Positions 7,153-14,481 of a DNA stretch of 14,481 nt are shown piece after piece. The DNA comes from Myxococcota bacterium (lineage in GTDB: Bacteria > Myxococcota_A > UBA796 > GCA-2862545): assembly GCA_039208735.1 (NCBI GenBank), contig JBCCQY010000193.1:1-14481 (forward strand). The letters are read 5' to 3'. The notes under the pieces were generated by a model. That model was not told the DNA's origin, ran no database searches, and saw only the letters and a program-made list of their open reading frames with translations. Within the stretch, counting starts at the first letter, position 1, and each line of letters opens with the position of its first letter. Both the position numbers and the translations under genes were made by a program.

Positions 7153-8436
7153 TCAGAGCGATGGCTGGGCGACGTATCCTGCATAGGCCGTATTGAGAGA
7201 CTCAAAGACAAGCCGAATGACCCGCAAGATCTGTTGGTGCTGCGACTCCGTGCGCACGTAGTCCTTCATCATCCGCAACGTCCCATCCCAGTGGCCCTCA
7301 TGGTCCTCATGGCCCCCATCGGCATGGACATGGCTGGCCAGGAATCGCGTGCCCAGCTTCGGACTGTCGTAGCCCCAAGACCGAATGCACTCCCGAATGC
7401 CTTCGATGGACTCCATGGGAGTAAACGCTGCAGCTCCTTCGATCGCGATCGGAACCCCCATAAAGACAACGGGGTCACGTCGAAACGAGGTCAATGACTC
7501 CTGAATGAAGCAAAACTTCAGGATGGCGGCCTCAGGCACCATCACATTCTTGACGTAGTCGACGTCGGCATCGAGGTACGCAAGGTCGTCTTCGATCCAC
7601 ACCTCGTGGTTGACCTCTCCCGAAAGGTGATGCGCGTAATGCTTGCGAAGGGAGGGATCTTCGCAAGCCCCCACGGCCAGGCCCAAGATGCGCGTCGTAA
7701 AGCGAACCAGGTGGTGCTGGTTCCCCATGGCGTAGGTGTACTGCTCTTGCGACAACGTGCCGGCGCGAGCCGCAAGGAAAAACGGATTGACCACGAACTT
7801 GTCAACGCCGGCCATTACGGCAGCGCGGATTTCCGCGATGAAGCCGTCACGTAGCGTGTCGCGCTGCTCTTCATTCATCGCTTCGAAGCAACGCAGCATG
7901 GCCTCATCAATCCGCCCCTCCACGGCAACGAGCGTGCGGGTCTGACCATCGGTACCTTGCACCTCCCGGCCCGGCACACTTCGAATCGGTGAGGTGCGTA
8001 GCATCTGCGAAAGCCGCGGTTCTCCATTCTCAACCATGGCGACGTAGTGGGTACGCCCCGCCATTCGCTGTTGGCGCATCGCGGTGTAGATCGCCAACGC
8101 CAGGTAGCCCTGGCTTTTGTCAGATGGATCCACCGCAATTCCCGTCAGGAGGAACGTATGACTCACGTGCTCAGCGGCGTGGCCAGAGTGCGTGATGAAG
8201 TCGGAGGCTTCTGTGGCCAGCGATGCGACCGCGACGACCAAAGCACCATCCCGGTAGACCAACGCATGTTCACCAGCGTCATCGTTGGCGTCGAATCGTC
8301 CACCTGGGCGCGCGCTAAACTTGTCGCCATCGACTCGCTTTCGCAGAGCGGCGAGTTCGGCGGGATAGTCCGTCCCCCGGTGGAGATCCACCCGAATGTG
8401 GGTCGACGTGAGGGCGGGTTCGTCGGCGATGGTCAT
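7153..8436 (-). CDS. Fusion protein: N-terminal GNAT/acyltransferase-like domain + C-terminal heme-oxygenase-like diiron oxidase (iron-containing redox enzyme, TenA/PqqC/CADD superfamily)
   Basis: GGAGAGG RBS. The helical C-terminal half has candidate metal ligands E274-xx-H277 (GEVNHEVWIEDDL), E333 (AIEG) and H369-xxx-D373-xx-H376 (FLASHVHADGGH). The N-terminal half has a GNAT-like pattern (LRKRV...FDANDDAGEHALVYRDGALV...IAVDPSDKSQGY...GRTHYVAMV). The HDO call is stronger than the GNAT call. Confidence 0.78.
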   Translation of the reverse strand: MTIADEPALTSTHIRVDLHRGTDYPAELAALRKRVDGDKFSARPGGRFDANDDAGEHALVYRDGALVVAVASLATEASDFITHSGHAAEHVSHTFLLTGIAVDPSDKSQGYLALAIYTAMRQQRMAGRTHYVAMVENGEPRLSQMLRTSPIRSVPGREVQGTDGQTRTLVAVEGRIDEAMLRCFEAMNEEQRDTLRDGFIAEIRAAVMAGVDKFVVNPFFLAARAGTLSQEQYTYAMGNQHHLVRFTTRILGLAVGACEDPSLRKHYAHHLSGEVNHEVWIEDDLAYLDADVDYVKNVMVPEAAILKFCFIQESLTSFRRDPVVFMGVPIAIEGAAAFTPMESIEGIRECIRSWGYDSPKLGTRFLASHVHADGGHEDHEGHWDGTLRMMKDYVRTESQHQQILRVIRLVFESLNTAYAGYVAQPSL

Positions 8437-8465
8437 CGAGCCTCTCCCAATGCGAGCGCGATTTC

Positions 8466-8495
8466 AGAATGTGACTCTTGCGTCCGCAGTGTCAA
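8466..8495 (-). promoter_or_regulatory. Putative sigma70 promoter of the GNAT-HDO gene
   Basis: Minus strand TTGACA (8495-8490), 18-nt spacer, CATTCT (8471-8466), about 30 nt before the ATG. An imperfect dyad TGAC-tct-TGCG-tc-CGCA-gt-GTCA covers the spacer. Confidence 0.4.
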
Positions 8496-9081
8496 GTCAT
8501 TGGGATGCGCAGGGGCGCGTTGCATCGCACAGTCCCGACGATGAAGCTCAACTCACCGGGTACTCGAATACGTCGATGCCTCCGCGACGACATGAGGGGT
8601 AGAATCGACGGTCGTCGCGCTGCTGACCACTTGCACGAGGGGTCGGTTGGGCCATGAAAATGGAAACCGAACTGTCCTTATTGCAACCCAGTTGCGTCAC
8701 TTTCAGAAAAAGGTCTACCGACCCAAATCAGGCACCCATAATTCAGTTCCATCCAATACCTTCTTGCTAAACCAGTCTGTTGTGATCGCAAATTCATGGA
8801 GGTGGCGCTTGGCCGCGATCCACTTTCCATCTATGTCTCGAGGGGAATCGCGACCCAATAAACATACGAACGTATCCCACCAGAGAGCCGTTGACATTTT
8901 CATTTCATTCACCCGAAGTCGTAGATTGTCCTAATTTTTCTAGGCCGGTAAATGATACCGCCACGAAACTCCCGCTCAGCGCTGACGCCAATTTCCGGTA
9001 CGCTCAGTGACGGAATTCATCTGGCCGCTCACATCTACGCATCGGCGATGAGTTCCGTTTCTCTCAACCTTGGAGACGGAA

Positions 9082-9636
9082 ATGCAGTACTGGACACGTC
9101 GCCTGATGGCGACGGTGGGAGGAGTGTGTGCGCATGCCGCAATGCACCTCCCGCCAGCCGCCGCATCGACATTCCTATCGATGAATCTCGATGATTTGGT
9201 TGCCGAATCCGATTCGATCGTCCTTGGCACCGTTGTAGACACCCATTCAGTCTGGGACCCTCAGGGGCGAATCATCCTCACTGATGCGACGATCAAAGTC
9301 GAACATTCGCTTCTGGGTGATGCAAAGGCCGTCACTGAAGTGCGTACGTTCGGCGGCCGCGTCGATGATTACACCGTGTTGGCGCACGGCTTTCCAACGT
9401 TCGACGTCGGCAATCGCATCGTCGTGTTTTTGCAGGCCGCCGAAGACGGAACGCAGCGGGTGACTGGCTACCAGCATGGCCTGTACAAGGTCGTCCAGCG
9501 ACAAGGAACCCCGTGGGTGGTACCGACCGTCGACGACCACTCCGTCCTTTCCACCAAGGACTACATAAAGCCCAGTGCCCGGCATCTCGCGGCGTTTACC
9601 CGGGATATTCTCGCGACCGAAACCCGACTACGCTGA
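9082..9636 (+). CDS. Secreted protein with OB-fold/NTR-like domain of the type often associated with matrixin proteases
   Basis: GGAG RBS before ATG 9082. Signal-peptide-like N-terminus ending AAA-S. Pattern LDDLVAESDSIVLGTV...TIKVEHSLLG...VRTFGGRV...GFPTFDVGNRIVVFL. Confidence 0.7.
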   Translation: MQYWTRRLMATVGGVCAHAAMHLPPAAASTFLSMNLDDLVAESDSIVLGTVVDTHSVWDPQGRIILTDATIKVEHSLLGDAKAVTEVRTFGGRVDDYTVLAHGFPTFDVGNRIVVFLQAAEDGTQRVTGYQHGLYKVVQRQGTPWVVPTVDDHSVLSTKDYIKPSARHLAAFTRDILATETRLR

Positions 9637-9682
9637 TGCATCCTTGGGCGCTCACGCGTCTGACGAGTCACGGAGAGTTCAC

Positions 9683-10426
9683 ATGACCCGAAACCACTTC
9701 GTCGGCCTCGCCGCCGTGCTGCTACTATTCGCAAGCAACCTTTCATACGCCTACATTCTGCTCTCGCCGCGCCGGGCGTGGCAGAGTCCTCCAACCTACA
9801 TCGTCGATAATGGCGGATTGTCGAGTGTGACGGATAGTGATGGCGGTATCTCGGCTACCATCAATGCCATCACGTCCAATGCCGCTTGGAACGGTTCAGG
9901 TTCGGGCACCGTCATCAATGCGACGTCAGGAAGCACCGCTGGCCTGTCGCTTGGCGACGGCACTCCCATGCTCGACTTCGATGATCCGTTCAATGCCTGC
10001 ACGGGGACGTGCCTTGCCGCAACGTTCACGGGCTTCTTCAGCGGTGGCGACATTACCGATGCCGACATCGTGACGAACACGTCCTACTCGTGGACTTCCG
10101 CGGGCGAAGCCGGTGGTTGCTCGGGCGAGTTCTATATCGAGGGCGTCATGGTCCACGAAATTGGTCATGCACTCGGGCTCGCCCACACTCCGGTAAGCGG
10201 CGCGACCATGTTCGCTTCGGTAGCGTCCTGCGACAATACCCCTGCCTCCACCGAGGCCGACGACGACCTCGCCATCCAAGACCTCTACGGTTCCGGCAGT
10301 GGCGGACCTGCCAATCCGAATTCCTGTGCTTCATCTAGCACCTGCGGCAACCAAGCGCCGGGTGGATGCTGGTGTGACTCGTTCTGCCAGTTCTATGGGG
10401 ATTGCTGCCCCGACGGCCCCTGCTGA
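9683..10426 (+). CDS. Secreted matrixin-family (M10-like metzincin) zinc metalloprotease with C-terminal somatomedin-B-like domain
   Basis: GGAGAG RBS before ATG 9683 (MTRNHF; the ORF track start at 9575 is too long). Signal peptide, ITDADI, zinc motif HEIGHALGLAH (10154-10186), Met-turn ATMFAS. Tail SC-x5-C-x7-CWCD-xx-C-xx-YGDCC-x-D-xx-C with 8 Cys. Confidence 0.9.
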   Translation: MTRNHFVGLAAVLLLFASNLSYAYILLSPRRAWQSPPTYIVDNGGLSSVTDSDGGISATINAITSNAAWNGSGSGTVINATSGSTAGLSLGDGTPMLDFDDPFNACTGTCLAATFTGFFSGGDITDADIVTNTSYSWTSAGEAGGCSGEFYIEGVMVHEIGHALGLAHTPVSGATMFASVASCDNTPASTEADDDLAIQDLYGSGSGGPANPNSCASSSTCGNQAPGGCWCDSFCQFYGDCCPDGPC

Positions 10427-10571
10427 TTTGAAACGGCAGACGATGTAGACCGCACTTGAACAAACGAGGACGTCATACGGTTGGACGCAGCACGCTGCGC
10501 CTAAGGGGTGACCTTCGTCCTGTTCTGCCCGTCTTGCCCATCCCGACATCGACGCACGCAAGGACAACCAG

Positions 10572-11294
10572 GTGACTAGAGAACTTTACCTCATTGCTGC
10601 TTCACTGCTGCTCGTCGGCTGCGAAGCGATTCCTGACTTCGTTTCAATCACACCGCAATTTGGCTATGTCGATGGCTGTACGCCCGTTACCCTCCAAGGG
10701 TCGAACCTCGGTACCGAGGCCACAGCCTCGGTGGGTGGACCCAACGTGGGTCAAACCGACATTCCCATCCAACCTGCCGAATTCGATCCAGATCTGCCGG
10801 ACCACGCCCAGGACATTGGTTTCCGCTACGAAGGCGTCATGCCGATCTCAGTTCGACCCGACGACGGATCAGGCTGGCAAGACATCTCGATGACCATCGA
10901 TGAGCAGTCGATGACGCTGCTGCATGCTTGGTACTATTTGGCGTGCCCAGCGAGCTTCGATGTAGACCGTTCGGCCATCCCGGAGATCGCGTCCCCTGGA
11001 GACGTGTTCCGCTTCGGTGGATGCGGCCTGGACGAAACGGTCGAGATGGTGGTGTTCGACGCTGCGGAAGCCGAGGTCGTCCGGATCGCGTTGACCGGCA
11101 ACGAGTTCTGCCCCACGGGAGAGGCAACCGCTGCACTACCTAACGATTTGATGCCCGGGGACTACACCGTTCAGCTGATCGATGATGAGGGAACGGTGTA
11201 CGCGGACTCGTGCATGCCGATCAAGGACAAGAAAGGCAAAGCCATTGGTGAGGAATGCCAGGGCTTTCCGTTCACGGTGGAAGGTGCCGCATGA
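10572..11294 (+). CDS. Cys-rich lipoprotein with IPT/TIG-like domain(s)
   Basis: AAGGA RBS, GTG start, LLLVG-C lipobox. VSITPQFGYVDGCTPVTLQGSNLG resembles an IPT/TIG start, and a second Ig-like unit follows (PGDVFRFGGCGL...LMPGDYTVQL). Stop overlaps the TBDT start (ATGA). Confidence 0.8.
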   Translation: MTRELYLIAASLLLVGCEAIPDFVSITPQFGYVDGCTPVTLQGSNLGTEATASVGGPNVGQTDIPIQPAEFDPDLPDHAQDIGFRYEGVMPISVRPDDGSGWQDISMTIDEQSMTLLHAWYYLACPASFDVDRSAIPEIASPGDVFRFGGCGLDETVEMVVFDAAEAEVVRIALTGNEFCPTGEATAALPNDLMPGDYTVQLIDDEGTVYADSCMPIKDKKGKAIGEECQGFPFTVEGAA

Positions 11295-14188
11295 TGCCTT
11301 GGTTGGGATCGAGCGTCGCCATTGTCGCCATGCTCAGCAACACGGCCTACGCCCGAGACACGGGTTCCATTCAGGGCACAGTACGCGACGAAAACCGAAG
11401 CCCACTTGAGGATGCCGTCGTCGTTCTGTCGGGGGCGGAACTCGGCGGTGAAATCACCGCCCGAACCGACGAGCGAGGCCGGTATCGCTTCGACAACGTG
11501 GCGCCCGGTGAGTACGACCTTCGCGCCCTGTTCGAAGAGTTGGAAGTGGCCCGGGCCAGGGTGCGCGTCGCGCTGCAAACCACGACGTCCGCAAACTTGC
11601 AAGGATCCCTCGACATCCCAGAGATGTTGGTCACCTTCAAACCGGTTGTGGACCGAACTCAGACCGCGTTCTCCACCGTCCTCAACGAAGAGGCGATTCA
11701 AAATCTCCCCGTAGGCCGAACGTACCAAGACGTCATTCAGACGGTACCGGGAATCCAGGGTCGCGTCGATACCCAGAACGGGGGGGCAGGCGCAGGCAAC
11801 TTCAGTGCGCGTGGTGAAGGCCAGTACGGAAACAACTTCATCGTGGAGGGCTTTTCGACCCGGGATCCATCGATCGGGACGTTTGGCCTCAACCTGAACT
11901 TCGACGCCATCGAAGAGGTCCAGGTCTTCACCGACGGCGCTCCGGCGGAATTTGGCGAATTCACGGGCTCGGTCAGCAACATCGTCATCAAGGACGGCGG
12001 CGACGAGCACCATGGTAGCGCTGCCTTCTTCTACTCACAGCATGCTTGGCTCGACTCGCAGTACCCGATCCTCGATCCGGACGTAGGCATCGAAATCCCA
12101 ACCTTGAAGTCGAGGTTTCGGAACGTCACGTTCAATGGGACCGCGGGAGGGCCGCTCATCCGTGAAAAGCTCTGGTATTTCACCGCTCTCGATCTGTTTA
12201 GCCGTTGGAACGTGCCTGAAGGTGTCGACTACGATCCGGACGATCCGAATGGTGCACAGCCGATTACGAGCCAGGGTGGACGTTTCCTCGGAAAGCTCTC
12301 CTGGTTCCCCAACCGGCATTGGAAGGTTTCGAACCTTTTCCTCGCCAATGCCACTCCCCAGAACAACTGGGATGCTTCGCAGTTTGTGACGCCCGAAGCC
12401 ACGACCGACCGTCTCGACTGGGGCATCACCGACATCCTGAACGCAACCTGGAACCCCAATCCCCTCGACACGCTCGAGCTGAGAATGGGCTACCAAACCT
12501 CGAACATCGACGTCGTCCCCAATACCGCAGACGCCACGATTCCCTCGGTCCTCGATGAATTAGGCACCCTCCGCTACAACTCGGAAAATGCCTCGTTCAA
12601 CGACCGCAGCCGAGCGTCTTTCGGCTTTGTGTTCCAGCGGTTGCTTCCGAACTTTCTAGGGCGCCACAAGATTCGTACGGGAGCGACCTACAACATCCTC
12701 CGCGCGTCGCGCAGGTTGGAACAAACGGGCGAGACCACGATCGACTTCATCGATTCGGACGGCAACGTCTCCGACCTACAGGTCGACGTGGGGACCCGTT
12801 ATGCGCCAGGCGTCGATGAAAATGGCACTCCGTTTCCGTGTCGCGAACCCGATGGTTCGGACTGTGGTATCCGAGAGCATTGGCTCAACGTCGGTAACGT
12901 TGGCACTCTGGTCTACACCGCCGGCCTGTTCTTGCAGGACGAGTGGCAGCCGGCTCCCAACCTGACCTTGAACCTCGGCGTGCGGATGGACTTCGAGGAC
13001 GGCCGCAACAACGATGGGTCGCGCGCCATCACCGAAGATCCGTTCGAATTTGCGCTCGATGAGGAGCTGCGGTCGCCTCAAGGCCAGCTGTCGATGCGCC
13101 AGATGTTCGCACCCCGCCTCGGCGTTTCATGGGACCCCTTCAACGACACAAAGACCAAGGTCACAGCGCACTACGGACGCTACTTCGATGTAGGGAACTC
13201 CCAGCTCTACAGCTGGGCCAATACGATCACCGAGAACGGATTTGTCCGATTTGCGAGAACCAACCTCGACGATCCGTTTAGTTGGTCGAACACCCAGGAC
13301 CCCGCCGGCAACCCGCTCATTTACGCCAACGACCTGACACCAGGCCGGTTGGACAAGTTCAACGTGGGCATCGAACGCGAAGTCGTCAAAGACCTGGCGA
13401 TCGGAGTGCGCGGCATCTGGTCGGAAACCGGCAATCTGCCCGAGGATGTGAACGCCGACCTCGCTCACTTCTACATCCTAAACTCTCCCCTTAAGAAACG
13501 GCGCTACCGGGCCCTCGAAGTGACGGTCAACAAGATCTTCGACGGGAAGTGGCAGTTGTATGGGGCCTATACCTTCCAGTCGGCCCAGGGAACATCGCCG
13601 GGTCAGTTTGAACTTGAGCAAGGCGGCGCATCGGGGTCCAACGGCAACAACGTTGGGGTCTTCCTGGACGATACGGGAGACTTGGACTTCCGTGAGTTTC
13701 TGCATTCGATCGGACGCAGTGACCTGATCTCAGGCTTCCGCGGGCTTGGCCGGTATGACGTGGACAACCCTGCCGTGGCAGATGATGCGGGTTGGTTTGG
13801 CTATCTCCCCTACCATAGCTTCCACGCCATCAAGCTGAATGGCTCGTACACCACGAACTTCGGGATGACGCTAAGTGCGGTGTACGAATTCGACTCAGGC
13901 CGAGCCTGGCAAAAGAAGGGATTTGTTCCCTTCTATGGGTTCGAAGCGTTTCCGCAGGGGCGCGGCACGCGCTTCATGCCCGCCGCCCATTGGCTCGATC
14001 TGCGCATTGCCCAACGGTTCGACCTTGGCCCCAACGGACAAAGCATCGAAGCCACCTTGGACATCTTCAATGTGCCAGGACTTCAGGCGCCGACGGACTA
14101 CTTCCAAAACAACGCCCAAGGCTTCGGTCGCGTGTTGTTCCGGCAGGCGCCGCGGTCGATCCGCCTCGGGCTAAAGGCGCGCTACTGA
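11291..14188 (+). CDS. Oar-like TonB-dependent outer-membrane transporter with N-terminal carboxypeptidase-regulatory-like domain
   Basis: Signal peptide (AYA). TGSIQGTVRD...TDERGRYRFDNVAPGEYDL domain. Plug (IQNLPVGRTYQDVIQTVPG; DAIEEVQVFTDGAPAEFG). Barrel motifs GGPLIREKLWYF, FLQDEWQPAPNLTLNLGVRMD, FAPRLGVSWDP. Terminal PRSIRLGLKARY ends in an aromatic residue. Start ATG 11291. Confidence 0.93.
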   Translation: MMPWLGSSVAIVAMLSNTAYARDTGSIQGTVRDENRSPLEDAVVVLSGAELGGEITARTDERGRYRFDNVAPGEYDLRALFEELEVARARVRVALQTTTSANLQGSLDIPEMLVTFKPVVDRTQTAFSTVLNEEAIQNLPVGRTYQDVIQTVPGIQGRVDTQNGGAGAGNFSARGEGQYGNNFIVEGFSTRDPSIGTFGLNLNFDAIEEVQVFTDGAPAEFGEFTGSVSNIVIKDGGDEHHGSAAFFYSQHAWLDSQYPILDPDVGIEIPTLKSRFRNVTFNGTAGGPLIREKLWYFTALDLFSRWNVPEGVDYDPDDPNGAQPITSQGGRFLGKLSWFPNRHWKVSNLFLANATPQNNWDASQFVTPEATTDRLDWGITDILNATWNPNPLDTLELRMGYQTSNIDVVPNTADATIPSVLDELGTLRYNSENASFNDRSRASFGFVFQRLLPNFLGRHKIRTGATYNILRASRRLEQTGETTIDFIDSDGNVSDLQVDVGTRYAPGVDENGTPFPCREPDGSDCGIREHWLNVGNVGTLVYTAGLFLQDEWQPAPNLTLNLGVRMDFEDGRNNDGSRAITEDPFEFALDEELRSPQGQLSMRQMFAPRLGVSWDPFNDTKTKVTAHYGRYFDVGNSQLYSWANTITENGFVRFARTNLDDPFSWSNTQDPAGNPLIYANDLTPGRLDKFNVGIEREVVKDLAIGVRGIWSETGNLPEDVNADLAHFYILNSPLKKRRYRALEVTVNKIFDGKWQLYGAYTFQSAQGTSPGQFELEQGGASGSNGNNVGVFLDDTGDLDFREFLHSIGRSDLISGFRGLGRYDVDNPAVADDAGWFGYLPYHSFHAIKLNGSYTTNFGMTLSAVYEFDSGRAWQKKGFVPFYGFEAFPQGRGTRFMPAAHWLDLRIAQRFDLGPNGQSIEATLDIFNVPGLQAPTDYFQNNAQGFGRVLFRQAPRSIRLGLKARY

Positions 14189-14204
14189 CCGCACGGCCTT
14201 GCGG
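14189..14204. terminator. Short hairpin between convergent genes
   Basis: ccgca-cggcct-tgcgg fills the whole 16-nt gap between two stop codons. No U-tract. Confidence 0.25.
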
Positions 14205-14480
14205 CTACGGGGCAAGCGCTTCGTTGAAGTGCTCCACCTGAGCCTCAAGGTCGGCCTGGGGCAGGGTCAGCGTGATGTCGTCGTGAAGGCGCCGAGCCTG
14301 ACTCGCGGGCATGGCTGAAAACACAATCCCCCCGAACGCGACCGCGGAGCCTCCAGCCGCCACGGTGAGCCACTGCCGCCGGACCTCAGGGGTATCGGTT
14401 GTGAGCATGCCACCCAGGCCCGCCCCCAGTCCCGCGAGCCCTACGGCTGCGACGACGCGGAAGAGTCCCGAGACGCTTTC
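14205..14480 (-). CDS. Hypothetical membrane protein, 5'-partial (runs off window)
   Basis: The frame is open to the window end: ESVSGLFRVVAAVGLAGLGAGLGGMLTTDTPEVRRQWLTVAAGGSAVAFGGIVFSAMP...FNEALAP*. Two Gly/Ala-rich hydrophobic segments. Confidence 0.7.
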   Translation of the reverse strand, partial: ESVSGLFRVVAAVGLAGLGAGLGGMLTTDTPEVRRQWLTVAAGGSAVAFGGIVFSAMPASQARRLHDDITLTLPQADLEAQVEHFNEALAP

Positions 14481-14481
14481 G

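Noticed and set aside
7153..7850. Calling the C-terminal domain thiaminase II (tenA) or pqqC
   Set aside because: The diiron-type ligand set and the absence of thiamine or PQQ genes argue for a generic HDO. No gene symbol assigned.
8647..8934. ORFs 8647..8934(+) and 8715..8912(-)
   Set aside because: No clear RBS, atypical composition, mutually overlapping and no recognisable motif. A small protein cannot be fully excluded.
11171..14241. Antisense and alternative-frame ORFs within the TBDT gene, e.g. 11171..12013(-)
   Set aside because: Codon-bias shadows of a strongly supported 965-aa gene.
1..14481. CRISPR array, tRNA/rRNA, integrase or transposase
   Set aside because: I saw no regularly spaced repeats, RNA gene signatures or recombinase motifs.

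Overview
GC-rich bacterial DNA, probably Myxococcota-like (inferred from an Oar-type TonB-dependent receptor, many lipoproteins and a somatomedin-B domain). In order: (1) a perfect 115-bp fold-back at the window start that truncates a LysR gene and is most likely an amplification/assembly chimera; (2) two lipoprotein genes, one SnoaL/NTF2-like, divergent from a CrgA-type LysR regulator; (3) a minus-strand block with a GNAT-like::heme-oxygenase-like diiron (HDO) fusion enzyme, an orphan membrane histidine kinase preceded by a 23-aa leader ORF, and a sigma54 response regulator/kinase pair with tandem palindromes upstream; (4) an AT-rich divergent intergenic region; (5) a plus-strand cluster of a secreted OB-fold-like protein, a pro-domain-less matrixin protease with a C-terminal somatomedin-B domain, an IPT/TIG lipoprotein and an Oar-like TonB-dependent transporter; (6) a partial membrane protein. 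The best candidates for undescribed systems are the GNAT-HDO fusion with its neighbouring sensor kinase and the protease/partner/lipoprotein/TBDT cluster. All family calls come from motif recognition by eye; no database searches were run.
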